Shown here: one piece after another, positions 1 to 13,746 of the stretch
Layout: every line of letters starts with the position of its first letter
Position numbering within the stretch: position 1 is the stretch's first letter
Assembly: GCA_040143965.1 (NCBI GenBank)
Contig: JASJQH010000020.1
Coordinates: forward strand, 1-48,262
Reading direction: 5' to 3'
Origin: Basidiobolus ranarum
Taxonomy: Eukaryota
DNA: 48,262 nucleotides
The notes under the pieces: model-generated
The model's input: only the letters and a program-made list of their open reading frames with translations
What the model was told of the DNA's origin: nothing
Database searches by the model: none
Translations under genes and position numbers: made by a program

Positions 1-1355
1 TTTCGGAGCAAGGATTTGTCCATAGTATTTCTCGCTTGGGCAAACAGTTCCTCTCACTTTCACCATTCTTTGAGGTGTTTGTGACACAAATCTACGCCAA
101 CAGTATTGTTTCTAACCTAAGCTTTGGTGGTGCTAGATATATTGGTACAGGACGTGGTTTTGCCACCACTCGTATCCCATTCTCCATTCTGTATGCTCGA
201 TTTGCTAACTCAAGTATCTACTTCGGGATGCGACTTGTATTGTTGCTATTGTTCTTATCTCTCTCTATTTGGATGCCACACTACATTTACTTCTGGTTTA
301 CAGTTGTGGCTTTGACAATAGCACCATTCTTCTTTAATCCACATCAATTCGGATTTTCTGACTTTATATTGGATTACCGCGAGTACCTTCGCTGGCTTAC
401 TTCTGGCAACTCATCGTCTGACAATAGTTCTTGGATTGCTCATTGCCGTTTAGCCAGAACACGAATCACTGGATACAAACGGAAGAAGCTTGGTGACTCA
501 AGACGTAGACTTGGCGGTGGAGTTCCAAGAGCCCGATTCACTGCCATCTTCATCATGGAATTATTACTTCCCGTTTTGTTGGCTATATTTGTTGTTATTG
601 TTTTTTCCTTTGTTTCGGTCACTCCGAAAAAATCTACTTATGCATTCGCAAGAATTGGTGTGATTGCAGGAGCACCGCTTGCTTTGAATGCCGCCGTATT
701 AATTGGTCTCTTCGTTGTATCGCTAATTCTGGGGCCAATATTTAGCAGCTGTTTCCCCAGTTTTGGATCATTTATTGCTGCCATTGCACATACTTTATCT
801 GTGCTTATCTTCATGGCTGATTTCGTGTTTGCCTGGTGGATTGAAAGATGGGTCCTGCCTAATGCTATTTTGGCAATGATTGCTACCTGCTTTGTTCATC
901 GAGCCATCTTCCGAGTACTGATGTCCATATTCTTGACTCGAGAATTTGGCCAAGATGAAACCAATTTAGCCTGGTGGAGCGGTAAATGGTCTGGTCGTGG
1001 ACTCGGCTGGATGGCATTCTCTCAACCCCTTCGTGAGTTTATTTGCAAGCTTATTGAGTTGACTTTCTTTGCCACAGATTTCCTTATCGGTCACGTTATT
1101 CTCTTCGTTCTCTTTTTGCTGTGCTTGATACCAGGGATTGACAAACTACATTCTATGATGCTCTTTTGGCTACGCCCAAGTAGACAAATTCGGTCACCCA
1201 TTTATTCGCTAAAGCAGCGCAAGCAGAGACGCTTTAGAATACTCTTCTACACATTGATGTTTGTGATCGTTTTCGTGTTTTTCCTAGCAGTGTTTATTGG
1301 TCCCTTCTTCTACCAGGAATACGTCACTGTTAACCGGAATACCATACCGTTCTAA
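1..1355 (+). CDS. FKS1: 1,3-beta-glucan synthase (GT48), C-terminal part; gene begins upstream of the window
   Basis: Open frame with motifs [34 protein letters not shown] and [15 protein letters not shown] plus multiple TM segments; stop at 1353-1355. Confidence 0.97.
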   Translation, partial: SEQGFVHSISRLGKQFLSLSPFFEVFVTQIYANSIVSNLSFGGARYIGTGRGFATTRIPFSILYARFANSSIYFGMRLVLLLLFLSLSIWMPHYIYFWFTVVALTIAPFFFNPHQFGFSDFILDYREYLRWLTSGNSSSDNSSWIAHCRLARTRITGYKRKKLGDSRRRLGGGVPRARFTAIFIMELLLPVLLAIFVVIVFSFVSVTPKKSTYAFARIGVIAGAPLALNAAVLIGLFVVSLILGPIFSSCFPSFGSFIAAIAHTLSVLIFMADFVFAWWIERWVLPNAILAMIATCFVHRAIFRVLMSIFLTREFGQDETNLAWWSGKWSGRGLGWMAFSQPLREFICKLIELTFFATDFLIGHVILFVLFLLCLIPGIDKLHSMMLFWLRPSRQIRSPIYSLKQRKQRRFRILFYTLMFVIVFVFFLAVFIGPFFYQEYVTVNRNTIPF

Positions 1356-1889
1356 TATCATTGTCTCTCCCCTTTTTTTACTTGTAATTACCTTTGCATT
1401 TTCTTTAATATTTGCTACTTCTGGTTTACTGAAACAATCTAACATGTCCGAAAATATCTTCACTTTTGCAATTCTCACTTCTTCAAACTGTTATTTCTCT
1501 TTTTGATAGAACCATGTGTCAACCATGGAATTGGTTTATTCCATCTTCAGTTGTCTTTGGAATGTATACTGCTCTCCAGCTTCTCTATCATTTATTAAAC
1601 ATGCGGTCATGTATTAATAAATCCTCCTACTATATGAACTTACTCCTTTGCTGTGAATGTACTAACGTAAAATTCAATCGTCTATTCACAAGAATTTATT
1701 AAGGAATGCCATTTGTAAAGTAGAATATTGGGTAATTTGTAGCATGAAAGTGAGATAGGGAGAGAAAAGACCTCAATGGAAATACTGCTATCTACATGGA
1801 TGTTAAGCGATATGCCGCTACTTTACATAGAAGTTGTAAAGGTAGACAATTCAAAAGTACTAAAATTTGAATACAACCAAAACTATACA

Positions 1890-2859
1890 TCATTGGGGTT
1901 TAGAAAGTTGAGCCAAATGAGGAGCACCAGCCAAATGAGCCAATATAGCAATAAGTTGACCTTGTCTTTCTTCCATACGATTCCACCTTTCAGTAAGATC
2001 ATTAAATTGAACTTCCATACCTCTTCTGTTATCTTCAATCATTTTATATTGAAGTTGTTGAGATTCTCGTTGAAGTTTTTCAATAGATCTTAAAGACTCT
2101 ACAACATCTTGTTGAAAAGCATTTTGATATCGATAATGGTGATTTTCTTCCTCGAGTTCTTCGTCTTCTTTGCCCTCTTCCGAAGATTGTCGACCGTTAC
2201 AAGAAGTGTTGACAAAAGAATGAACATCTGACATCATGATGTTAGGAACTGCTGTTCCTACGAGGCTATCATGTTTGTGAGATGGAGTTGCAGTGAGTGT
2301 AGGTTGTTGACTCATAAAGATACTCATAGAATCAGCACCGGTATTTTGACCCAATATTGTAGGTGGTTGAATAGTAGTTCTTTCTTCGATCGCTTGTTCC
2401 ATTTCTTTTTCAAAAGGGAAAAATTGACCACCTCCACCTTGAGCTTTGTAACGAATAAATCTCTATAAGAAAACCCAGTCAGTAATGAATAACCATAAAG
2501 AAGAAGAAAAAAAATAGGTTTCCAACGAATATTTCCCAGAAGTAACTGGTGCGATAAAAAAAGGGGTTACGAAATAAACTTACTTTATATCTTTTTAATA
2601 AAGTTTTCCATCGGTCTTCACATTGACGTGCAGTTCTATTATATCCTTTTTGTCTTAAAATTTCCGCTACTTTAGAATATTTTCCTTTGATATTTTCACT
2701 TGTAAAAGAACGCCAACTATGAATTAAAGTTAGTGTTTCTTCACGTGTCCATAAATCCCTACTAGGTCCTCCCTGAGAATCCCCAACTGAGAGTGAGTTA
2801 TTACCGGGAGGGGCAGTTATGGTCGGTATAGAAAGAGACCCAAGGCTATCTGAACTCAT
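1890..2859 (-). CDS. Myb/SANT-like (trihelix/MSANTD) DNA-binding protein with C-terminal coiled coil, ~282 aa, 2 exons
   Basis: Exons 2859-2584 and 2462-1890 with GTAAGT...TAG intron 2583-2463. Spliced product reads WTREETLTLI...YSKVAEILRQKGYNRTARQCEDRWKTLLKRYK|RFIRYK...FFPFEKEMEQAI, with a heptad-rich C-terminus. The start codon is uncertain. Confidence 0.85.
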
Positions 2860-3464
2860 GAATAATACGCGTAAGTACTGGGTTAATAGTGACTTGGGGA
2901 AAAGTTGGTTGGAGCAAACTTGGGTGATGGTCAGCCCTGCCTCGAGACTCTTGTGCCTCTTCTAGCCTGTCATCATCGAGTAATATTCTAGTAAATTGAA
3001 ATGGGTGATTTGATTTGTTAATGGGGGATGCGATATCTACCCCTTTGGATCCAATAATAGTATTAATTGACCCTTCTGACTCATGATTCAATTTGGTGTC
3101 GTTTCTTGTTATTAATTATTAAAATCAAGATCGTTAATCCAGTGAGTGATTGTCCCTTCCAATAGTCACAAGAGTGAGGGTGAGAGTAAAGGGTGAAGGC
3201 GAAGAGGTAGAACGAGAATACGAAACAAAATCTTCGCCACATAGCTGGGTGTTAATTGAATTAATGTTAATTGTAATGGATTTATTTCAAGTTAACCATG
3301 GGGAATGATAAAGGAAATGATGAAGAATGATGGGGATTGATTCGGATATCGTTCAAAATAAGCCTAAACCAAATCCGAACCTAAAGGGATTAAATGTACA
3401 AAATGATTCGATAACACCAAAGTTACTAATAGATTAAGAAATTCAACGAAATTTTGTCACCATA

Positions 3465-6400
3465 TTAAAAGGGTAAATGATAGGGCTTATAGGGAAAGGA
3501 ACTTGAATAAAAGAAGGGTGCAATGTAAACACCAAAGAAAAACCCAGCCGTAATGAAGAAAATGATGGTATACATGATGACACCAATGGTGCGCTCGCGT
3601 CTTTGCTTTAGGGAGTAGATGGGGGGTCTTATTTGTCGACTTGGGCGCAGCCAGAAGAGCATCATAGAATGGAGTTTATCCATGCCGGGAATCACACAGA
3701 AGGGGAACAGAAGAAACAGAATGCAATGGCCAATGATGAAATCCGTAGCAAAGAACGTCATTTCAATGATTTTGCACACAAATTCACGGAGTGGTTGGGA
3801 GAACGCCATCCATCCGAAACCACGACCGAACCATCTGCCTGACCACCATGCAATGTTGGTTTCATCTTGACCAAATTCTCTAGTCAAGAAGGCGGCCATG
3901 AGAATCCGGAAAATCGCACGATGAATGAAACAAGTGGTAATCATAGCCAAGATTGTGCTAGATAGTTCCCAATCCTCTACCCACCAAGCGAATACGAAGT
4001 CTGCACTGAAAATAAAGACGGCTAAGCTATGTCCAATTGCTGCCATAATACTTCCAAAGTGGCCATAGAAAGTGCCTACAATAGGTCCAACAAATATTGA
4101 GATTAAGAATAATGCAATTAACATGCCGGCATTTAAGGCAAGCGGAGCTAAAGCAATGACAACAATACGAACAAAAGCACGTGTCGGCCCCTTATTAGTG
4201 GTGGAGATAAAGGTAAATGCTATAGCGAGCAGAGTAGCCAAGACAACAGGCAGCAGTAGTTCAATCATGAAAATAGCCGAAAAGTGAGCACGAGGAACCC
4301 CACCGCCAAGTCTACGTCTTGAGTCACCAAGCTTCTTCCGTTTGTATCCAGTGATTCGTGTTCTGGCTAAACGGCAATGAGCAATCCAAGAGTTATTGTC
4401 AGATGTTGAGTTGCCTGAAGAAAGCCAGCGGAGGAACTCACGATAATCCAATATAAAGTCAGAAAATCCGAATTGATGTGGATTAAAGAAGAATGGCGAG
4501 ATTGTCAGAGCGATAACGGAATACCAAAAGTAAATGTAATGAGGCATCCACATAGACAAGGACAAGAAAAGTAAGAGCAGGAATATACGCATTCCGAAGT
4601 AGATACTAGAATTAGCAAATCGGGAATACAGAATGGAAAATGGGATACGAGTGGTGGCAAAACCACGTCCTGTACCAATATATCTAGCACCACCAAAGCT
4701 TAAGTTAGAGATAATACTGTTGGCGTAGGTTTGTGTCACAAATACTTCAAAGAATAGTGAGAGTGAGAAGAACTGTTTGCCCAAACGAGAGATACTGCGC
4801 CAGAATCCTTGCTCCGAAAGAACTTGCAAGAAAAGTGGAACAAAAGAAACGAGGAACATCATCACGATGGCGATGACAGTTCTCTGAATCCAATGAATAA
4901 CCGGTGAATAGTTGTAACAGCCAGCGGGGGTTAGAGTACCATCGAAATTAGAATAATCACAGGTAGTCAAGAGTTGAGCTAGGACTGATATAAACGTTAA
5001 AGTAAGAGGGAAGAGTTGGACAGTTGACATGACCATGATATTGTTAACATGGAAGCCAGGATGAGCGTAGTAGAAGGTCAAGAAGCGATCTAAAGGAAGT
5101 TGTGTTCCAATGTAGTACTGTTCACGAGAGAGCATTTGCTCACCCATACCAGTACCAATCTTCGTGACAAAGTTCAACACACTACAGAATCCAAGATCAC
5201 GGCCCTTGCCACATTGGAAATACTCGGTGTGCTTGATTCTTCCTCCTCGCTCGAACGCATTCATACCAGCATAAATATCCTCGTTCAAGTGTAGTCCCTT
5301 CTGGGCCTTACTCACACCTCCTCGTGTTGTCATGAAGATGGAGTTCAAGAAATCCGGATGACCATAATGAAGCTTTCCTCCAACCTTGGCCATAATACGC
5401 CCGGTGAGCGTACCCCAGATTTGTTCTTTCGCTGCTGCCACATCTCCAAGTACACCGATATTCTCCGAGAAGATATACTCACGAGCACCAACGATGGCGA
5501 CTGGTGGCTTTGTTGGACCGGTTTGTGGAGCATAGGGGTCAAGGTTAGTTCCGTCAAACTGCTCAAACTCCCCAAGAACATTTCGGATCTTCAGGGCTTC
5601 CTCGAGATAGTTGTCTTGATTGGCATCGATGAGTTGAAGATATTCGCCTCTAGTGAAGATGATTGAGTGATTTTGATTGTCGGATTTGCCATCACCTAGA
5701 ATAGGATTGCCAGGGAGTAAAATGCGATATTTAGGCTTTCGTCGACCATTAACTCCTAATTCACAATAACCGTCAATAAGACAACTATAGAACTGTAGGT
5801 CACCTCCTTGAACACGTGGTGGAGCTTCTTCCAAATAAGCGATTTGAAGATCCGGATAAGAGTTGAGTAAAAACTCGACATTTTCCATCTCTCCCTTGGA
5901 GAAGTTGGCATATCGTTGCATGGATACTACAAATCTGAACTTACGACGAGCCATTTGATCGACATCATTGTCTAAACTCTCAGTTAAACCACCATGTTGT
6001 TGCATAATTTCAGGATTTTCGACTCGGTACATCAGCTTAATTGCTTTGGAATAATTCATAAATCCAGATATAGTACGATACAGAGTTTGTGAACGAAGAG
6101 AAGCCCAGATTCTAGTTCTCAAAGTGAATTCTGGTGATGCAGATTTGAATCCAATGCAGTAAAATGGAAGATCATCAGTTTTAAGGTCAGAATCAAGCTT
6201 TGGATTCTCTTGGAAAAATGCATCACTTTCTGGAGGAAATAATAAACTCTCCTCGGCCAACACTTTGGTGTCTTTAACAAAATTGTCCCATTCATTAGAA
6301 TGAAGCTTCTTCAAGTACTCCAACAGAGTAACATGCGTATATTGATCGTCTTCTCTAATAATCTCACGAAGAGATAGTATAATTTTCTCAGCGTAATGTG

Positions 6401-9098
6401 GGGTGAATACGGTGAATGTTGGCATTTGTGAAATTGTCATAGGGTTGGGTGTCGGTATTGCCATACTTTGCGCAAAGAAAGATATTCGGCGCGCAGCCTC
6501 TCCCTGAGGGAATGGCTGAGCTTTGCCAGTCTTCACGTTTGGTGATAAAATGTCGGGAGTTTTTAATATTGGAGTACCATCATCCATGCTGGGAATCTAG
6601 AAGTTCAAATTGTACTTAGAATATATAGTCGAAAAAATATTAATTGAATGGGAGTTACCTGCTGATAGAGTAGAGGCTGAAGATACTCGATTGAGAGTAA
6701 GTGATCTCTGTACATAGAAATGACAATTGCATTCCATATCTGAGAGCATAGAATTTGTGGCTTGTACCTGACCTCCATAGAATGGGTGGCAAGTATTTTG
6801 GAATAGATTTGCTTTGGAAGACCTGCAAATATGCTCTTCCAGTTGGACCAGAAAGAATGGCCCAAATGAAAGGAGTGTATAACACTAAATACTGTACTCC
6901 AGACTAGATAAAGTAAAACATTACATCAGTAATTGTGACTTCAAAGGCATAAACTTGAATGTAAATATTCAACACTCACCAGTATACCACAAGTATGTAT
7001 CCAAAAAGAAGAGTGTAAGGTCCAACACAACCATCAGCGCAATTGTGATGTAAACAACCAAATAACAAGTGAAAGCAGAGGATGATACAATATTGCATTG
7101 ATTAGCCTGTGCATCATATGTGGACCTCAAAGAATCACGGAATGATAGAGCCAAGAAGAAATAACTTTCCACGAATTTGCATACGAAAATACAAGCCCAA
7201 AGTGCGAAAGAGACAAATCGATCTCGTGATACCATTTTTGGGAAATTGCCAGTGAAAGTACGATTGCTAAGGTTCTTGGAAGTTCCTGTCTTGTTGTCGC
7301 TTAGCAGTCTAAACAATTTTCCGCTGGGAACGATGGCGAAAACAAGTGTCGTAAGGATAGAAATAGCAATATGAACACTTCCCACAATCAACGCAGTACT
7401 AGAGTCACGGTCAATCGGTATAATATACAAAGCAGGCGCAATGTTGATTAGAGCTACTATCAGCAAATATACTAGTCGTTTCATAAGGATACTCGAGACA
7501 ACCCAGGTTAAAGGTAAAAAGGAACATTCACACAATGTACCAAACATCATTATCAACGAAGCAAGTGCACCGCCTAAACCAAGCACCGTTAACCTCACCG
7601 GTAGCGGAGTGCTCATCTCGCTATCAAGGGTATATAGATAAGGAGCATGAGTCAGTGTATAGTAATAGAAGGAAACAATATGAATCACCCAAATTCTTGA
7701 GAAATTGGTGGTGATATGAAGCCAAGAACGACGCTCCTTAAAGGTTTTGCGGAATACCTTAGCCCATTTAACATCTCTGAGCTTATGATATCTTTGGGAA
7801 GGATGATAATCCATGAGTCGGGTTTTCATGTCAGTCATGATGATACGTTCAATACCCTGAGGAGACCAGAATAACTCATTTACATCGTCATAACCAATCA
7901 CTTCGTGATGATCCTTCTCCTTTTGAACGTAAGTCCCATCAATAATCTCATACGACTGATCGCGAATAAAATCGTACAGTGGTTTAATAACAGTATCCAG
8001 ATACTCATCCTCACGAGCAATATATCTGTTATTTTGACACTCTGGACTAGTATAATAGTCCCAAGCAAGTTTAAATATAAAGCAGAGAGCCTCAGGTGTA
8101 AATCTAGCAACACACGCTTCGCCCCAAATCATAAGATACAGAGCAACTTGACGAACTCGATCGTAAGGGGACATCTCGTACATTCGCTTTCTCCAGAGCT
8201 CTTGTGCTGCCCCTATGGACTCCTGGGCCTCGATATCTTGACTAAAGGAAGCTTCATTCCCTCCCCTAGACAAAACAGGGAAATCTGGTTCATCTTTATC
8301 AAGATGAGCGCAGAAGAACCACTTTCTGTAGTTTGCGTGCTCCCCACCGATATAGTCAGCATGGAGGGTGACAAGTGCTTGTTCGGGAGTCATTCTGGAC
8401 GCTCTTGAATCTAGCATTGTCATAAAAGATTCGAGCATATTTCGCATATTATCTCTTTGAAAGCCAAATACTCTTTGCAGGTCTTGAAATATATCGTCTA
8501 TATCTCTTTTTCGGATAGGAAGATCTCTACTACTATCCCACGCAGGCCATGGGTTATCATGAAGCGATTTTGAATCCGAAAAGGGGTTCCCGGGTCTTTC
8601 AAGAGCTGTTCGTGATTCACAACGTGAAGAAGAACGGCTATTACTGTTTTTATTCTCAAGAATAGCAACAAGAGAATCCGTTGATGTAGCATATTTGGCA
8701 TATCTACTATCATCAAATCGTTCTAATAGCATGGAAGAAAGTAAGTCCATTTCAACTGACGCAGAAGACTTTGAATACGGATTTCCAGCACGAAAATTCT
8801 CGCTGTAGGTAGAATCACTTTCCGAGTCTACATTGTATGCAGTCTTTCCTTTTCTTAAGTCTACTTTATCGAGAAAAGGGTCGGAATGACTCGAACTAGT
8901 TGAGTCAGTAGGGTATTTGGTTGCGCTACTCTCGATGTAGTTCTGTGGTATTAAATTTTGTGGGTAAGATCGATGTTCAGGAAAGTTGAGTTGACTATCA
9001 TTTCCAAGGTTCGACAACTCTAAAGTATTATTACTGTGCTTTTGTAGGGGTTCATTTTTCTTCAAAGAATCGTCAATTGGTCGACCTGAGTTGGCCAT
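3465..9098 (-). CDS. FKS: 1,3-beta-glucan synthase (GT48), full-length paralog, ~1831 aa, 3 exons
   Basis: Exons 9098-6980, 6903-6659 and 6596-3465 join in frame (5496 nt). Motifs [75 protein letters not shown] and QCGKGRD. Confidence 0.98.
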
Positions 9099-10826
9099 GA
9101 CAACTGTATGTTTTTAAAGCGGAAAGGTATATTACTACAAGCTCTACTAATTATTTACTGAGAGTAAGCAAGTACAAACTCCGATAAAAAAAGAACAACG
9201 AATGAGTGAAGGATTAAGAGAAGAAAACGCAGACTTCGAAATAAGCTTTTAAGTAACTTGACCTAATATCCAATTAAGATTGTAATATTCCAATTATATA
9301 GAAATCAGCCAATGCATTAAAAAGAGCCTTAAAGCCGTGACCGATTCAAAGATCAGATTTATTAAAGATCAATATTTCTATTATCTGCCTGCTATTCTAA
9401 TTGATCTCAATATAATTACTCTGATGAATTACCTAATATGGAATAACTATGTGAGGTCATATCCACCAATTAACTTGGAGCTCATATCGCTGGTCAGCCT
9501 ATTAAATGGCCCGATTGAAGTTAGCAGATTACTTCTTTTATCGAACTAGTATCTAGATAGCAACTATTCATTGTCTTGTTGTTCCACCATAGAGACGGTG
9601 GGTGACGAAAGACCAGTTTTCCAGTCCTGGACTCCATATCTGAGTTTAGTTCCTTCTTGTATAAAGGATTCGTGAGACGATCCTAAAATAGATTAGCTTT
9701 GCCATTGGCTAGATTAAGGTTACACCTCCATACAGGGATCTACATCATTATTGGCTACTTTTAAGCTCATACACGGCTAGCATTACCTTTTGGAATACTA
9801 AACAGATGATACAATTCCAGATCTAGTTCTTGAATAGCCATGAACCTGACTTCACTTATGTTGGTGATTCAGCACAGTTTGTTTAGCAATAATATAAGTG
9901 ACGGTAGGTTGGATTAACTGTGCTTAACAAATATGTATGAATGGAAGATCGGTTGATATTAATTATTGTATTTCTTAGAATGGCTGCATCGATCGAACTT
10001 GTAATTAATAACGTTTAATCCGTAATTCATTGACTAGTTCATTGGCCAGTGTTTTCTACCACAAAACAATATTGACTCTGTGAGGGAGGTTGTTAAATTA
10101 TATATATATGGTTCAAGGTTGGTGTGTCTTTTTGCTTGCCATAACATACAGCGTCTTGATCACACCGGTAGTACAAATTTAATTGTTCACATAGTTTACT
10201 GTAAGTTCTCGAGTTCTTGGGCCTGGTGAAGCTCCGCCATATACGAACTTTGGACGTCATTGTTTCCTTCATTTCTTAATGTAACCTATTTGAACTGCAT
10301 TTTCCATCGAATCCCACCGCATGTGATGATCATGTTTGGTGGAAGAATTAAAGGGTTTATTAAATGGAAGAATTCGTAAGATCAGAGGAGCATAAATCCA
10401 AGTTATTCAAAAGGCAAGTGGGATCACGTCGTCAGTTAGTAATACGCCTATCTATATTTGTAAGTGCTCCTACACCTATATTTATAGCGATTTAAAACTG
10501 GAAAACCGGAGTTATATTTTAAACATTTCTTGCTTTATCTTGAGGTTACACTAACTCTGATATTCAGTTGAGAATACTAACCAGAAACTATACAAATCTT
10601 GAAATGATGGAACACACTTTCTATATCTTTATTATCGATTTACATGATGCCTTTTACCAGTAAGTGTCTAAATGACTTAGGGTTAGCTTTATATTCACCA
10701 TCATCTATCGAATCCAGGTATACAGTAGTAGAGTGTAGTAGTAGAGTGAATGTTAAATATAATTCTAGAATAAATACACTATTAAAAGTACTCAGAAGAA
10801 GTGACTATTTTAGGTAAACTGACTGT

Positions 10827-13746
10827 TTACTGTGTGACTTGAACGTTATCAAAATACTTGGGCGCAGCCTGAGGTAGCCAGTTAGCCTGGATAGCGGAGA
10901 TTCCTCGGAGATAATGCTTTGTAGTAAATACCTAAAGATGGCTATGAGGAAATATTTGTTTAAAGATTTTGAGGAATATCACTCACCAATTCGTTGTACA
11001 CGATGGCTTCAACCTTCTTCCCGAACATTACCGAGGCTGGATGAATATGAACGGTCTATCCCAATTTAACATGATTAGATCAAATAGAAATTAGAAAAAG
11101 TCACAGTAAATAACCCAAATACTGACCATTCCCCCAACAACAGTCTTGTAACCACCATCGGGTTGCAGCAACGCGGTATTCTGGAAAAATCCAGTCAAGA
11201 AACATTTGAGTACGACATCATAATCTTGGCCACAAGTAGTGGTAGGAGAGATATTCAATCTTGTGCATAGTTGAGTCAATTGCTTACGAACATCCTAAAA
11301 TGTCAAGTTTAGCAACAAGCAAGTTTTTTAAAACACAAGGCGGAGTTTAAGCGAGTGAACATACCATTACATGCTTCATTGCTCGCATGTTGATGAAGTT
11401 TTCCCTACACCAATCACGGTCACCATTGACCGATAAATAAGAAGTCAACACATTTAAGAGAGTAATGTGATCACCTATTTGCATTGGATAATATTTCGTT
11501 AACTGACTTGAATCTGGTTTTGCAGAATAAATCTGTATAATAAATACCATCTCGACTAATGAATTTCTTTTTGGCTTCAGCAGCTTCGGCGCGTTTATCA
11601 TGGGGAGAGAAAAATACTCCGTCTACAGACAATAGAGATATAATGGCAATGATATCTTGGGTGCATTTGCTTTTCTAAATAAACAAGTTAGCCAATTGAG
11701 TTGTCGGAGATATGATTGCCGCTAATGCTTACTTGAGACTCGAAGAGCGCTTTAGAATACATTGGGTCTAGAGGAAATTCCGCCATCTTTTTCCCAAGTT
11801 CAGTCAGATCGCCATTATCACTCAACGCTCCAAGGGCATACAGTTGTTCTAAAGCACGGATTACTGAATTGAAATCGGTTAATTTGATAGTAACATTAGC
11901 ATAGAAGAGATCATATATTTACAAGATGTGCGAGTTGGACGATCCATATAATCAAATCTTAAAACGTCATGAACACCGGAGGCTTTAAGCAAAAGAACAG
12001 CCGATGCCAAGTTGCATCTTTTGATTTCAGGTTCAGTATTTTCGTCCAAGCTGTCAAATGTAGACTCTGTGTATAGACGGTAGCAAATACCGGGGGCTTC
12101 ACGACCAGCACGACCAGTTCTTTGGCGGGAGGAAGACTTAGAAATTGGACTAATTAAGAGCGACTCTATGCCTAAAAGAACAAATCATGATTAAGAACAA
12201 ATATCACACACTAAGAATGTCTAATGTGCGTACCAATCTTGGAGTTATAACCTCTAACTTTAACTAAGCCGGTATCAATCACATACCGAATACCACTAAT
12301 GGTGATACTAGTCTCAGCAATATTTGTAGCTAAAATGACCTTCCTGGTGTTCGGGGGAGCGGGTGCGAATACTTTAGCTTGTTGAGCAGGTGGAAGGGCG
12401 GCGAAAATAGGGCATGACAAAAGCTAATTGAAATTATTATCTCCAGTATATCTAAGATTAGCCATGTATACGCATACCTTCATACTATCCACGGGCAATT
12501 GGTTTCCGTGCTCGTTGATAAGTTTTTCCATGCTCTCAATCTCTTCTTGGCCTATACGAGGACTGTTAGTGGTTCTGTTCTATCCATTGAAGTTGATTAT
12601 CTAGCATTTACCAGTGAGAAAAACCAAAATATCTCCAGGTTGCTGCTCCAGATGGATTTGAAAGATTGTGAGTAGTGCGGAGTCCAGATAGTCTGATTGA
12701 GGTTCAACCGTATTAAAAATTCGGACAGAATGCTGACGCCCAGATATATACAGAATTTTGGCGCTAAGTAAAGATAATTCGTTTTAGTATGGCTGCTGAC
12801 TTCTACTTGAACTGTCAAAAGCCTACTTGTTGAAGTATTCAGAGAATCTTTCAGCATCCAGTGTTGCACTCATAATAATGATCTTAAGTGGGACGATGTT
12901 TGTGCCGTTCTGTTCGTTTTGTTGTGAAAGTTCCAATCTCTTTTTTTGTAATTCCTTGACCATTCCAAACAAAATGTCGGTTCTCAGAGTACGTTCATGG
13001 GCTTCGTCGAGAATTACGCACGAATAGCGAGACAACATGGTGTCAGATAAAAGCTCTCGAATCAGCATACCATCTGTTAGGTATTTTATAAGAGTGTTTG
13101 GGCTGCTTGTATCGTCGAAACGAACTGTATAACCAACCTATTGTAGTAAGAGGTGTTAATTTTCAAACAACTCGAATCAACTACTTTCTAGGTGTACCTT
13201 GTTCCCAAGCTTGGTTCCTACTTCCTCAGAAACACGTCTAGCTAAACTAGTGGCGGCAACTCTTCTTGGTTGCGTAACAGCAATGGCGCCATTATTGGCG
13301 AACCCAGATTCAAGGAGATATTGTGGAATTTCTAAAAGTACAAATAAAAAAATCGTTCATATTTACTGGGAGAAGAAAAAGAACCTATGATACTTACGAG
13401 TTGTTTTTCCTGAACCAGTTTCTCCCACTAAAACTACAGTATCGTTGTCATGGAACTCTTTGATGAGTTGCTCGCGAGCTATAGAAATCAGGTCAGAAAT
13501 TGGGGTTCAAAAGGATTCGCGTGATATCAGTAAAGATTATCTACCAGAATAAATAGGAAGAGCCTCTCTGTGTGGACGTAATGTGTTCGCTTTCTGTCTT
13601 AATTTCTTATACAATTCTTTGTTGGCGTTGTTTCCACCCATAGAACGCCTCTTTTCCTCGAATGAAATGACGGTCTCTTCCTCGGCAGCAATGGCATTAT
13701 CATTATCATCAAAATAAATTTTTCGGCCGACTTTAACAGGTTGCAT
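10827..13746 (-). CDS. DHR2: DEAH-box RNA helicase, DHX33/DHR2-like, multi-exon
   Basis: Spliced motifs [71 protein letters not shown], followed by HA2/OB-fold segments. Stop TAA at 10829-10827. The DHR2/DHX33 subfamily call rests on ERTLRTD and the short N-terminus. Confidence 0.88.

Noticed and set aside
2846-3091. 81-aa ORF upstream of the trihelix gene
   Set aside because: It starts with a non-ATG codon in a different frame, and no in-frame splice to the main ORF was found; probably UTR/promoter.
10648-10660. TGCCTTTTACCAG, matching the U5 snRNA loop I sequence
   Set aside because: The flanking stem does not close the loop in the correct register and there is no downstream Sm site; treated as chance.
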